From positions 1,248,001 through 1,312,000 of the forward strand of contig CBDFIQ010000001.1 in the NCBI GenBank assembly GCA_965248195.1: DNA of 64,000 bases, given 5' to 3'. Position 1 is the first letter of the stretch; the number at the start of each line of letters is the position of its first letter. The position numbers and the translations under genes were made by a program. The notes under the pieces are model-generated. The model was not told the origin of the DNA. It saw only the letters and a list, made by a program, of their open reading frames with translations, and did no database searches. Positions 49,641 through 58,257 of this stretch are shown one piece after another. The stretch is from Longimicrobiales bacterium (GTDB taxonomy: Bacteria > Gemmatimonadota > Gemmatimonadetes > Longimicrobiales > Gaopeijiaceae).

Positions 49641-50343
49641 CCTCGAAGGTGTCACCGCCTTGGTGGTGGGTGCCAGCCGCGGCATCGGTGAAGCCACAGC
49701 CCGAGTCCTGGCGGCCGCTGGGGCGCGAGTCTACCTGGCGGCACGCTCGATGGAGCGGCTCGAGGCGCTCGCTGAGGAGATCGGGGGCGTGCCCCTCCCG
49801 CTGGATCTAGAAAACGTCGGGTCGGTGGGGGCCGTCCTGCAAGGACTCCTGTCCGAGCTTGGAGGGGCGCCCGACATCGTCGTCAACGCCGCCGGGGTGT
49901 TTTCCTTGACTCCGGCGGCGGACACTTCAGTCGAAACGTTCGAGCAGGCCCTCGCGGTCAACTTGGGTGGGCCGTTCGCGGTCATCCGGGCTGTGCTTCC
50001 GGCCATGATCGCCCGGGGCTCCGGTTCGGTAGTTACGGTTGGGTCGGTTGCGGGACGCAAGGGGTACCCCGGCAATGCAGCCTACTCGTCGGCGAAGTTC
50101 GGCCTACGGGGGCTACACGAGGTATTAGCGGCGGAGCTCCGCGGTACAGGCGTCCGCTGTTCCCTGATCGAGCCGGCGGCGACGGACACGAAGCTGTGGG
50201 ATGCCTTGGATCCCGATTCGGACCCCAAGCTCCCCGACCGATCACAGATGCTTCGCCCCGAGGACGTTGCCGAGTCGATTCTGTTCGTGTGCACCCGCCC
50301 CGAGGGCGTTCAGATTCCCGTCCTTGCCATCGAGCACGACTGA
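49615..50343 (+). CDS. SDR family oxidoreductase
   Basis: GASRGIG, VNAAG, GS, YSSAK. Confidence 0.93.
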   Translation: MSDPRPADFLEGVTALVVGASRGIGEATARVLAAAGARVYLAARSMERLEALAEEIGGVPLPLDLENVGSVGAVLQGLLSELGGAPDIVVNAAGVFSLTPAADTSVETFEQALAVNLGGPFAVIRAVLPAMIARGSGSVVTVGSVAGRKGYPGNAAYSSAKFGLRGLHEVLAAELRGTGVRCSLIEPAATDTKLWDALDPDSDPKLPDRSQMLRPEDVAESILFVCTRPEGVQIPVLAIEHD

Positions 50344-50356
50344 CCCGTCTCCTTCC

Positions 50357-51022
50357 GTGCACATCCTGCTTACTGACCGGCTGATTTGCCCCCGCTGTGG
50401 GCCGGGGTTCGGCCTGATCCTCATCGCCGACCGCCTGGAGAACAGGCGGGTGATCGACGGATCGCTGGGATGCCCGAACTGTCGCGACCGGTTTCCGGTC
50501 GAGGGGGGCTTCGGCGATTTGCGACCTCCGCCCCGGAGCACCCGGGACGACGCTCCCGAGCTCGGGCCTCCGGCTTCTCCGCCGGCGATGGAGGTAGCCG
50601 CGCTTCTGGGCCTCACCGACGGGCCGGGGAATGTGGCTTTGATCGGCGGCATGGCGGGGCACGCCACCACGCTCGCGGGGTTGGTTCCGGGCGTCGAGTT
50701 CGTTGGGATCGCTCCGGGCCTTCGTGGATGGGAAGAAGGAGAAGGCGTGAGTCGGATGACCACAGGAGCTTCTCTCCCGTTCAGCAGTGGGAGCTTGCGC
50801 GGCGTGGGGCTGTTTGCCGATGGAGAACCCTCGATAGCCGGCGAATTGGCTCGTGTACTGGCCCGCGACGGGCAGATCGCGGTGTGGGGTGCGGGGCAGG
50901 GTGGGGTGCCGGGTGGTGAGCAGGGTGCCGTGACGGAGTGGGAGAAGGCGCTGAGATCAGAGGGGCTCGATGTGCTCGCGTCCGATGGGAAGGCGGTGGT
51001 GGTCAAGCGAACGACCCCATGA
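50357..51022 (+). CDS. Trm112-like zinc-ribbon + degenerate methyltransferase-like domain protein
   Basis: LICPRC...GSLGCPNCRDRFPV; SLPFSSGSL; ELARVL. Confidence 0.7.
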   Translation: MHILLTDRLICPRCGPGFGLILIADRLENRRVIDGSLGCPNCRDRFPVEGGFGDLRPPPRSTRDDAPELGPPASPPAMEVAALLGLTDGPGNVALIGGMAGHATTLAGLVPGVEFVGIAPGLRGWEEGEGVSRMTTGASLPFSSGSLRGVGLFADGEPSIAGELARVLARDGQIAVWGAGQGGVPGGEQGAVTEWEKALRSEGLDVLASDGKAVVVKRTTP

Positions 51023-51185
51023 GGGCGCCGTTGCGCAGAGGACGCCGTTGCGCCTAAGGGCGTCGTTGCTCGTCGTTGCGCCGAATTTCGGGCCCCTCTA
51101 ACTTCGATCAGAACCGATACATGTGTTGCGGGACCGAGAAATGTCCCGTTTCGCCGCACTATTCTCGTGGCTGAGCTTCCTCTCC

Positions 51186-51677
51186 ATGGCGTGGTGGCAG
51201 AAGGTTTTCGGCGGCTCCGGTGAGGCTGAAAGGGTCGCATACTACGACGAGGGCCTCGCGCTCATCGCCGAGGACAAGATCCATGAAGCCCTCACGTCTT
51301 TTCGCCTGGCGCTGAAGACGTCCCCTGGTGATGTCGTGGTGCTTCAGCAAATCGCGATGGCCTACACGCGAATCGGGATGACGGACGAAGCAGAAAAGAC
51401 CTATCGGCACGTTCTCCAAAAAGACCCGCAAGCCGCAGGCGCCCACTATGGGGTGGCGTTCCTGCTCGTCCGGAGTCGCCGTGAAGCCGAGGCGGTTCCG
51501 CATTTGCGCGCATTCTTGGAAAACGCCCCGGCTGGGAAGGAAGCCTCCGAACATGTTTCGCATGCCCGCGAAACGCTTGCCGGTCTGACGGGGGAGGTGG
51601 GGAAGGGCGGTCAAAGCGGGCAGGCGGGGGGGTCCAAGTCCGAGAGCCTCGACCTGGGGCCGGATGAGCTCCTCTAG
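51186..51677 (+). CDS. Tetratricopeptide repeat protein
   Basis: TPR helices (EALTSFRLALKTSP, EAEKTYRHVLQKDP, AAGAHYGVA). Confidence 0.85.
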   Translation: MAWWQKVFGGSGEAERVAYYDEGLALIAEDKIHEALTSFRLALKTSPGDVVVLQQIAMAYTRIGMTDEAEKTYRHVLQKDPQAAGAHYGVAFLLVRSRREAEAVPHLRAFLENAPAGKEASEHVSHARETLAGLTGEVGKGGQSGQAGGSKSESLDLGPDELL

Positions 51678-51696
51678 GGCCGGATGAGTCCCTCTA
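51657..51696. repeat. 20-nt tandem duplication of TPR gene 3' end
   Basis: GGGCCGGATGAGCTCCTCTA / GGGCCGGATGAGTCCCTCTA. Confidence 0.8.
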
Positions 51697-51999
51697 GAAG
51701 GCTGTTGAAGGGGTACAGCGGGTCGCGCACATGGCGCTTGTGCGCGTTCAGACAAGGAACGACGACGAGGCGTAGCAGAGCTACTCCGAGGAGGAGAGAC
51801 GCAGGATCAACCGCACAACCGCCCTGTGCCCACGACCATGAATGACATGACCTTACACGTTGAAGGGTTGCGGTGGCACGGCCCCATCTCCGTTGTTGGA
51901 GTTCCTAGCCATAGCTACGGCTATGGCGTCGTCGCTCCGCCTAGGAGCTAGGACCGTGGCATCCGCAACGCGGCCCACTGTACCCCTTCAACAGCCTTC
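51697..51999. mobile_element. MITE (~300 bp, non-autonomous) with 22-bp perfect terminal inverted repeats
   Basis: GAAGGCTGTTGAAGGGGTACAG ... CTGTACCCCTTCAACAGCCTTC, imperfectly extendable to ~31 bp; CTAG at left end; internal hairpins; no transposase. Confidence 0.85.
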
Positions 52000-52402
52000 C
52001 AAGGAGGGAGTCCTCCGCTGGACTGGAGAGGGTCTGGCGTTTTCCGGCCGGATCGGATCCGGACCAACGGTAACGATCGACGGTGCTGCGAAGCTCGGCC
52101 CGTCGTCCACCGATTCGCTGCTCCTGGGTCTCATGACATGTATGAGCATCGACGTGCTGATGATTCTTCAGAAGGGACGGGTGACGGTGAACTCCTTCGA
52201 GACTCGAGTAGAGGCCGAGCGGGCTCCCGAGCCCCCGAAGCACTTCACGCGAGTGCGTCTCACGTTCGTACTCGACGGACCCTCGCCGGAGGAACGCCCG
52301 AAGGTGGACCGGGCCATCGAGCTCTCGGGCGAGAAGTACTGCAGCGTTCTCCACTCCCTTCGTTCGGATCTCGACTTCGACACGGTGGTCGAGGGCGTCT
52401 GA
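51956..52402 (+). CDS. OsmC/YhfA family protein (start uncertain, lies in MITE)
   Basis: LMTCMSIDVLMILQK and AIELSGEKYCSV two-Cys motifs. Confidence 0.85.
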   Translation: MASATRPTVPLQQPSKEGVLRWTGEGLAFSGRIGSGPTVTIDGAAKLGPSSTDSLLLGLMTCMSIDVLMILQKGRVTVNSFETRVEAERAPEPPKHFTRVRLTFVLDGPSPEERPKVDRAIELSGEKYCSVLHSLRSDLDFDTVVEGV

Positions 52403-52406
52403 CCGC

Positions 52407-54260
52407 ATGAGTCCGCTCGACCGCGCTTCCAACCCGGCAGATTTACCTTCCGGAACCCTGGTCGAGCTTTTTCTTACGGCCGTGGAAAAACATGGAGGCC
52501 ACCTGGCCTACCGGTATTTTCTTGACGAGGGGAACGGCCTGGTGGACATCACCTTCGACGAGGTCTACGAGGCGGTGTGCGCAGCTGCCGCAGGCCTCCA
52601 GGCGCTGGGCCTGACTCGTGGGGAGAGGGTGGCGATTCTATCGGAGAACTGCCTGGAGTGGGCGCTCGCCGATTTCGCCTGCCTGTGTGCGGGGATCCTC
52701 GACGTGCCGATCTACAGTACGCTGACGGCTCCCCAGGTCGCCTACATCCTGGAGAACTCTCAAGCGCAGCTGGTCTTCGTCTCGGATGCCAGGCAGGCGG
52801 AGAAGGCCCTGGCGGCGAGCCGGGAAATCGGGCGCGACGTCAGGGTGGTGATGTTCGACGCCACCGACCCGCCAGGGGAGGGCGTGCTGGTTTGGCGAGA
52901 TTTCCTGGAACATGGACGGAACGTTGCGGCGGACGGTGATCAGCGCTTCCGGGCCACGGCCCTGGAGGCCGGGCCGGAGGATGTGGCGACGATCCTCTAT
53001 ACGTCGGGGACCACGGGCAAACCCAAAGGGGTGATCCTTACGCACAACAACCTCTCGAGTAACGTGCGGGCGGTGCAGCGGGTTCTGCCGCCCGTATCGG
53101 ATGATACGTCCCTCGTGTTTCTCCCCCTGTCGCACGTGCTCCAGAGGATGGTTTCTTACGTCCACTTCTCCGATGGCTCAACCCAGGTGTTCGCCCATTC
53201 GATCGACACTGTGGCCGAGGACCTCAAAACCGTGCGTCCCAATATTGCCGTCTCGGTCCCACGCCTGTACGAGAAGGTGTTCAACGCGGTCATGGAGGTG
53301 CAGGGCATCAAGAAGAAGCTCGTGCAGTGGGCCCGGGAGGTGGGTGATGCGTGGGCGGACCAAAAGCTGGCGGGGCGGGAGCCATCAGGCGTCCTCAAGT
53401 TGGTGTACGCCGTGGCCGACGCTTTGGTTTTCCGGAAGATTCGATCGGCGATGGGTGGCCGAATTCGGTACTTCGTAAGCGGAGGGGCTCCCCTCTCTCC
53501 GGAGATCAACCGGTTCTTCTTCTCAGCCGGGATCCAGATCTTTGAGGGCTACGGACTCACCGAGACGAGCCCGGTCACCAACCTCAATACGCCGGAGCAC
53601 CTCAGGATTGGGACGGTCGGGAGGCCGGTCCCCGGCACCGAAATCCGAATTGTAGAAACCGGAGAAATCCTGATCCGTGGGCCGCAGGTGATGAAGGGCT
53701 ATTATGAGCTGCCGGAGGCGACAGCGGAGGTCATCGATGCGGAGGGCTGGTTCTCCACCGGGGATGTGGGGGAGATCGATGAGGATGGTTTTCTCAGCAT
53801 CACCGATCGCATCAAGGACATCATTGTTACGGCTGGTGGCAAGAACGTCGCGCCACAACCGATCGAGAACCGATTGAAGGGCGATGATTTTATCGAGCAG
53901 GCGGTCATGCTCGGTGATCGCGAGAGTTTTTGTGTTCTTCTTGTGGTGCCGAGCTTCCCCAACCTCGAGGCCTGGGCGCGAAGGAGCGGGATCGAGGCTC
54001 CGGACCGAAAGGCGTTGCTTGCGTCGAAGCAGGTGCAGGACCAGATGGAGGCAAGGGTAATGGCTCGCCTCGAGGACCTGGCCCGTTATGAGAGGCCCAA
54101 GAAGATCGGCCTGGTTGCGGCTACTTTCACGGTGGAGGGCGGCACGCTTACACCCACTCAAAAGGTCAAGAGAAGGGAGGTGGAGACCCAGTATCGGAAG
54201 CTCATCGACGCCTTCTACCAGAAAGAGAACTTTGACCAGACGGTCTTCGTGGAGGCATGA
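52407..54260 (+). CDS. fadD: Long-chain fatty acid-CoA ligase (AMP-binding)
   Basis: YTSGTTGKPKG, EGYGLTETSP, GWFSTGDVG, DRIKDIIVTAGGKNVAP. Confidence 0.93.
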   Translation: MSPLDRASNPADLPSGTLVELFLTAVEKHGGHLAYRYFLDEGNGLVDITFDEVYEAVCAAAAGLQALGLTRGERVAILSENCLEWALADFACLCAGILDVPIYSTLTAPQVAYILENSQAQLVFVSDARQAEKALAASREIGRDVRVVMFDATDPPGEGVLVWRDFLEHGRNVAADGDQRFRATALEAGPEDVATILYTSGTTGKPKGVILTHNNLSSNVRAVQRVLPPVSDDTSLVFLPLSHVLQRMVSYVHFSDGSTQVFAHSIDTVAEDLKTVRPNIAVSVPRLYEKVFNAVMEVQGIKKKLVQWAREVGDAWADQKLAGREPSGVLKLVYAVADALVFRKIRSAMGGRIRYFVSGGAPLSPEINRFFFSAGIQIFEGYGLTETSPVTNLNTPEHLRIGTVGRPVPGTEIRIVETGEILIRGPQVMKGYYELPEATAEVIDAEGWFSTGDVGEIDEDGFLSITDRIKDIIVTAGGKNVAPQPIENRLKGDDFIEQAVMLGDRESFCVLLVVPSFPNLEAWARRSGIEAPDRKALLASKQVQDQMEARVMARLEDLARYERPKKIGLVAATFTVEGGTLTPTQKVKRREVETQYRKLIDAFYQKENFDQTVFVEA

Positions 54261-54607
54261 TGTCAGGCACGGACGTGGTCATCGTCTTCGTGACGGCCCC
54301 GGGGAGGGAGTCGGCGCTCGAGTTGGCTCGCCAGGTCGTTGAGGAGTCACTCGCAGCGTGCGGCAACGTGATACCGAACGTCACGTCGGTCTTCCGATGG
54401 AGGAAAAAAGTTAGGGAGGAGGAGGAGGTTCTGCTTATCTTGAAGACTAGTGCTGGAAAGTGCCCGGCGCTCATCGCCCGGGTCGCGGAGCTTCATGCCT
54501 ACGAGGTCCCCGAGGTGTTGTCTCTTCGCGTCGAAAATGGATTCCGACCGTACCTCGACTGGGTGGGTGAATGCACCTCGATGGAGTCGCTTGATGGCCG
54601 AACATAG
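54257..54607 (+). CDS. cutA: Divalent-cation tolerance protein CutA
   Basis: LAACGNVIP.VTSVFRW, LHAYEVPEV, YLDWV. Confidence 0.95.
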   Translation: MMSGTDVVIVFVTAPGRESALELARQVVEESLAACGNVIPNVTSVFRWRKKVREEEEVLLILKTSAGKCPALIARVAELHAYEVPEVLSLRVENGFRPYLDWVGECTSMESLDGRT

Positions 54608-55283
54608 TCCGGAGCAGGAACAGCACTCCGAGCCGGAGGGCGTGTCCGAGGCCACAGGTTCCGACCTCCAAGGCGGCAACGCGCTCGCCGGGGCGTTCCG
54701 GAAGTTTCGAGAGGGCCGGGGCCGGGAGGCCGCCAACCTCTACCTCGACATCGTGAAGCCCCGCCAGACACCTGTGATGGCGCATATCGCGCGGGGCTTA
54801 GAGTACGATGAACTCGGTCGCCACGAGTTGGCGATCGAGGAGTTCCTCGCCGCGCATCAGTTGGACCCCAACAACGTCGAGGCTTTATCCTACCTAGCGG
54901 CGACGTACGGGGCGTTGGGCCGGCTCACGAAGGCGGACCGTGCGATCGAACGCGCCATTCGCATTGATCCCGTAAACGTGCAAGCGCGCGTTGGTGAGGC
55001 CATTCTCTCGTACCGAAAGGGCCTTTACAGCGAGGCGGAGGTACAACTTAAGGGAATTTGCGATCGGAACCCCTCACACGGACCGGCTCATTTTTATCGT
55101 GGCGAGGCCCTGAACCGGCTCGGTCGCGTCGATGAAGCGCTGAAAGCCATGGAACGGACCATCCAGCTACAGCCGCGGAACTGGCGTGCCTACCATACGC
55201 TCGGGAAGCTGTTCGACCGCAAGAAGGATCCGGAGCGGGCGTCGGAGATGTACCGGCAAGCGAGAGAGCTGAACCGTCCGTGA
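54594..55283 (+). CDS. Tetratricopeptide repeat protein
   Basis: Five TPR-like repeats; GGAG RBS before ATG 54594. Confidence 0.85.
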   Translation: MAEHSPEQEQHSEPEGVSEATGSDLQGGNALAGAFRKFREGRGREAANLYLDIVKPRQTPVMAHIARGLEYDELGRHELAIEEFLAAHQLDPNNVEALSYLAATYGALGRLTKADRAIERAIRIDPVNVQARVGEAILSYRKGLYSEAEVQLKGICDRNPSHGPAHFYRGEALNRLGRVDEALKAMERTIQLQPRNWRAYHTLGKLFDRKKDPERASEMYRQARELNRP

Positions 55284-55777
55284 TCGAAGTGCGCCAGGAG
55301 AATCTGGTCACGGCTGACGTCGAGTGTATTCTCCGCTCCGTTGGTTCGAGGCTGGAGCCACTTACCGCGATCGGGAGAGAGGTCGGGGCGGCCGCGGGCG
55401 AGGCGCTGATCGAACGCATCGAGCAGATGGGTGACCTCCCGGTGGGGGGGGCGGTGATCACGCCCGCAGGAGATCTGTCCGCGTCGTTCATCGTCTATGT
55501 GGCCCTGCAATCCCACGAAGAGCCGGTAAGCGCCGGTGGCCTTCGTAAGGCGCTTCTGAACGGACTGAGGCACGCCAGCAGGATGAGCATCGAGACGATG
55601 GCCATGCCACCGCTCGGCACGGGGGCCGGAAATCTCGATGCGGATGTGGCTGCGGACGTGATGTTCGAAGTGCTGCGCGGGCATATGGAGGATGAAGAGT
55701 ACCCGCGCGAGATCACCGTGATGGTTGCCACGGAGTACGAGCTTCAGCTGTTCGCTTCCCGCCTGTCCCAAGTTTAA
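55280..55777 (+). CDS. Macro domain protein
   Basis: GGAVITPAGDL, MAMPPLGTGAG. Confidence 0.85.
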   Translation: MIEVRQENLVTADVECILRSVGSRLEPLTAIGREVGAAAGEALIERIEQMGDLPVGGAVITPAGDLSASFIVYVALQSHEEPVSAGGLRKALLNGLRHASRMSIETMAMPPLGTGAGNLDADVAADVMFEVLRGHMEDEEYPREITVMVATEYELQLFASRLSQV

Positions 55778-55812
55778 GTACTGATCCCGCGGCGGTTGGA
55801 GTAGTATTAATC

Positions 55813-57369
55813 ATGAGACGGATACACGTGTCGGCCCTGGTTCTCGTGATTTGGTTTGGCATGATCGGATGGCAGGTCCGGCGCGAATACTTTCAGCCCG
55901 AACTCACCCGATTGGCCGAGGCGGCGCTGTCCCTGGCTCCGGGGATCAACTTCTACACGCTTCGCCTCGGCGACCGCACCGTCGGACAGGCCACGTCCCG
56001 CCTGGATACGGTTTCCTCGGGCTTCGAGCTCGAGGACGTGATGATCCTGGATCTGCCGGCGCTGGGTCAGACCGGATCCGCGGTCGTGCGGACGAGGGTC
56101 TCGCTGAGCGCCGCGCTGGTGATGGAGTCCTTTTTCTTTTCCCTCGACTCCGACGTCGGACGCTTCCAGGCCGACGGCGTCTTGGGCGCCGACTCCACGC
56201 TCCACGTTACGATGGATGCCGGGGGATCCGAGCAGGAGGTGTCCTATCGGCTCGCGGAGCCTCCGATTTTCTCAGCCGCGCTGCCCATCCGAATTGCGAT
56301 GGCGGGGGAGCTGAAGGTCGGGAACACGCTCCATCTTCCGGTCTTCGACCCCTCCACGCTCTCCACGAGGGCAGTGGAGATTCGCATCCTGGAGTACGAC
56401 ACCCTCGTGGTCGCCGACAGCGCTTCCTATGACGCCGGGTCGCAGCGATGGTCACCGAGTCGGTACGATTCGATACCGGCTTGGAAAATCGCCGAGATAC
56501 ATGGCGGCGTTCAGGTGGAGAGCTGGGTAGATGAGGATGGGCGGATTCTCCGTGCGTCGAGCGCGCTGGGCTTTACGATGGAGAAAACCGAGTACGAGCT
56601 GGCCCGCCAAGCGCAAGAAGACGCCTCCGGACAGGCCTTGCTGGCCATCGATGAGGATGTGATCCTCTCGACGGCGGTGCGAAGTAACGTCGATCTGGGA
56701 GCCGTCGAGGAGCACGACGTACTGCGCTTCCGGCTGACCGGTGTCGAGCTTTCGGGCTTCCAGCTCGCGGGTGGCCGCCAGACACTCAGCGGTGACACGC
56801 TCACCGTCCGACGCGAAAACTGGGACGCCGTTGAACCCGGCTTTTCCCTCCCATACAAATTGATGGATTTCCGTGAGACGCTCGAGGCGGAGCCGTTGAT
56901 CCAGAGCGACGATCCACGGATCCAGGAAGCAGCGCGCCGGGCCGTGGGGCGTTGGCTACGCAACCCCAAGGAGGCGGCGGGGCGCCTCACGACCCGGGTG
57001 GATCGTATGCTTTCCAAGAGCGTGACGTTCTCCATACCGAGCGCTCTGCAGGTTCTCGACTCGCGGCAGGGCGACTGCAACGAGCACACGGTCTTGTATG
57101 TGGCCATGGCCAGGGCGCTTGGGCTTCCGGCCCGTACCGCGGTGGGCCTCGTCTACCTCGACGGGTCCTTCTTCTATCACGCGTGGCCCGAGGTGTGGCT
57201 TGGGGAGTGGGTGGCGGTTGATCCCACGTTCGGCCAGTACCCTGCGGACGCCGCGCATATCCGATTCGTGGTCGGTGGCCTGGCCCAGCAGGTCGAGATT
57301 ATTCGTCTGATCGGACGGCTCAATATCGAGGTGTTGGAGTCCAACCCGGCCGACGGGGACCGAGCGTGA
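55813..57369 (+). CDS. Membrane-anchored transglutaminase-like domain protein
   Basis: GDCNEH, YHAWPEV, VDPT triad; N-terminal TM helix. Confidence 0.9.
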   Translation: MRRIHVSALVLVIWFGMIGWQVRREYFQPELTRLAEAALSLAPGINFYTLRLGDRTVGQATSRLDTVSSGFELEDVMILDLPALGQTGSAVVRTRVSLSAALVMESFFFSLDSDVGRFQADGVLGADSTLHVTMDAGGSEQEVSYRLAEPPIFSAALPIRIAMAGELKVGNTLHLPVFDPSTLSTRAVEIRILEYDTLVVADSASYDAGSQRWSPSRYDSIPAWKIAEIHGGVQVESWVDEDGRILRASSALGFTMEKTEYELARQAQEDASGQALLAIDEDVILSTAVRSNVDLGAVEEHDVLRFRLTGVELSGFQLAGGRQTLSGDTLTVRRENWDAVEPGFSLPYKLMDFRETLEAEPLIQSDDPRIQEAARRAVGRWLRNPKEAAGRLTTRVDRMLSKSVTFSIPSALQVLDSRQGDCNEHTVLYVAMARALGLPARTAVGLVYLDGSFFYHAWPEVWLGEWVAVDPTFGQYPADAAHIRFVVGGLAQQVEIIRLIGRLNIEVLESNPADGDRA

Positions 57370-58226
57370 GGCCGGAGTACGGAATGACCGAGTCGGTCCA
57401 GGAGCAACTGAGGCACCTGATGGACGGCGTCGGTCCAGGAGAGGACGCGACTCCGGACATGCTCGAGCTCGACGGCATCGTGAAGCGCTACGGGGATTTT
57501 GTGGCGGTCGACGGCCTCGATCTCAGGGTGCCTCGGGGTGAGATCTTCGGGTTCCTCGGACCGAACGGCGCCGGCAAGACCACGACCATTCGTATGGTGG
57601 CGGGCGTACTGGAGCCGACCGAGGGCGGCGTCGTGATCGGTGGATACGATCTCGCGACTCATCCTGTGGAGGCGAAGTCCCGGATCGGTTACATCCCGGA
57701 TCGGCCCTTCCTTTACGAAAAGCTTTCGGGTGGAGAGTTCCTTCGTTTTGTCTCAGGGTTATGGGGCAAGGATGAGCCCGACTCGGAAGACCGCGCGGAT
57801 GGCTTGTTGGAGATTTTCAACCTCCTGGAGTGGAAGAACGAGCTCATCGAAACCTACTCACACGGCATGCGCCAGAAGCTTCTCATCACATCCGCTCTGA
57901 TCCACCAGCCCGAACTCATCGTGGTCGATGAGCCGATGGTGGGGCTCGACCCGCGTTCGGCCCGCATTCTCAAGGATCTTTTCCGAGTGTTCGCCGAACG
58001 CGGGGGCACCGTCTTTCTTTCCAGCCACACCCTCGAGGTCGTGGAGGCGGTGTGCGACCGCATCGCCATCATTGCCGAGGGTGCGATCATAGCTCAGGGA
58101 ACGATGGACGACCTCCGGACGCAGGTGGACTCCGGTGGTGCCGATCTGGAGGAGATCTTTCTGCGGGTTACCGGAAACGACGACATGGCCGAGGTGGTGG
58201 CCGGTCTTCAGGAGTCACCCCTATGA
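57366..58226 (+). CDS. ABC transporter ATP-binding protein
   Basis: GPNGAGKTT, YSHGMRQK, VVDEP, SSH. Confidence 0.95.
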   Translation: MRPEYGMTESVQEQLRHLMDGVGPGEDATPDMLELDGIVKRYGDFVAVDGLDLRVPRGEIFGFLGPNGAGKTTTIRMVAGVLEPTEGGVVIGGYDLATHPVEAKSRIGYIPDRPFLYEKLSGGEFLRFVSGLWGKDEPDSEDRADGLLEIFNLLEWKNELIETYSHGMRQKLLITSALIHQPELIVVDEPMVGLDPRSARILKDLFRVFAERGGTVFLSSHTLEVVEAVCDRIAIIAEGAIIAQGTMDDLRTQVDSGGADLEEIFLRVTGNDDMAEVVAGLQESPL

Positions 58227-58257
58227 CGCCGGCGGAGAAGCTCGCTGGGCGGGCCGT

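Noticed and set aside
51025..51085. Short CGTTGC(GC) repeats as REP-like element
   Set aside because: Too short and degenerate to support
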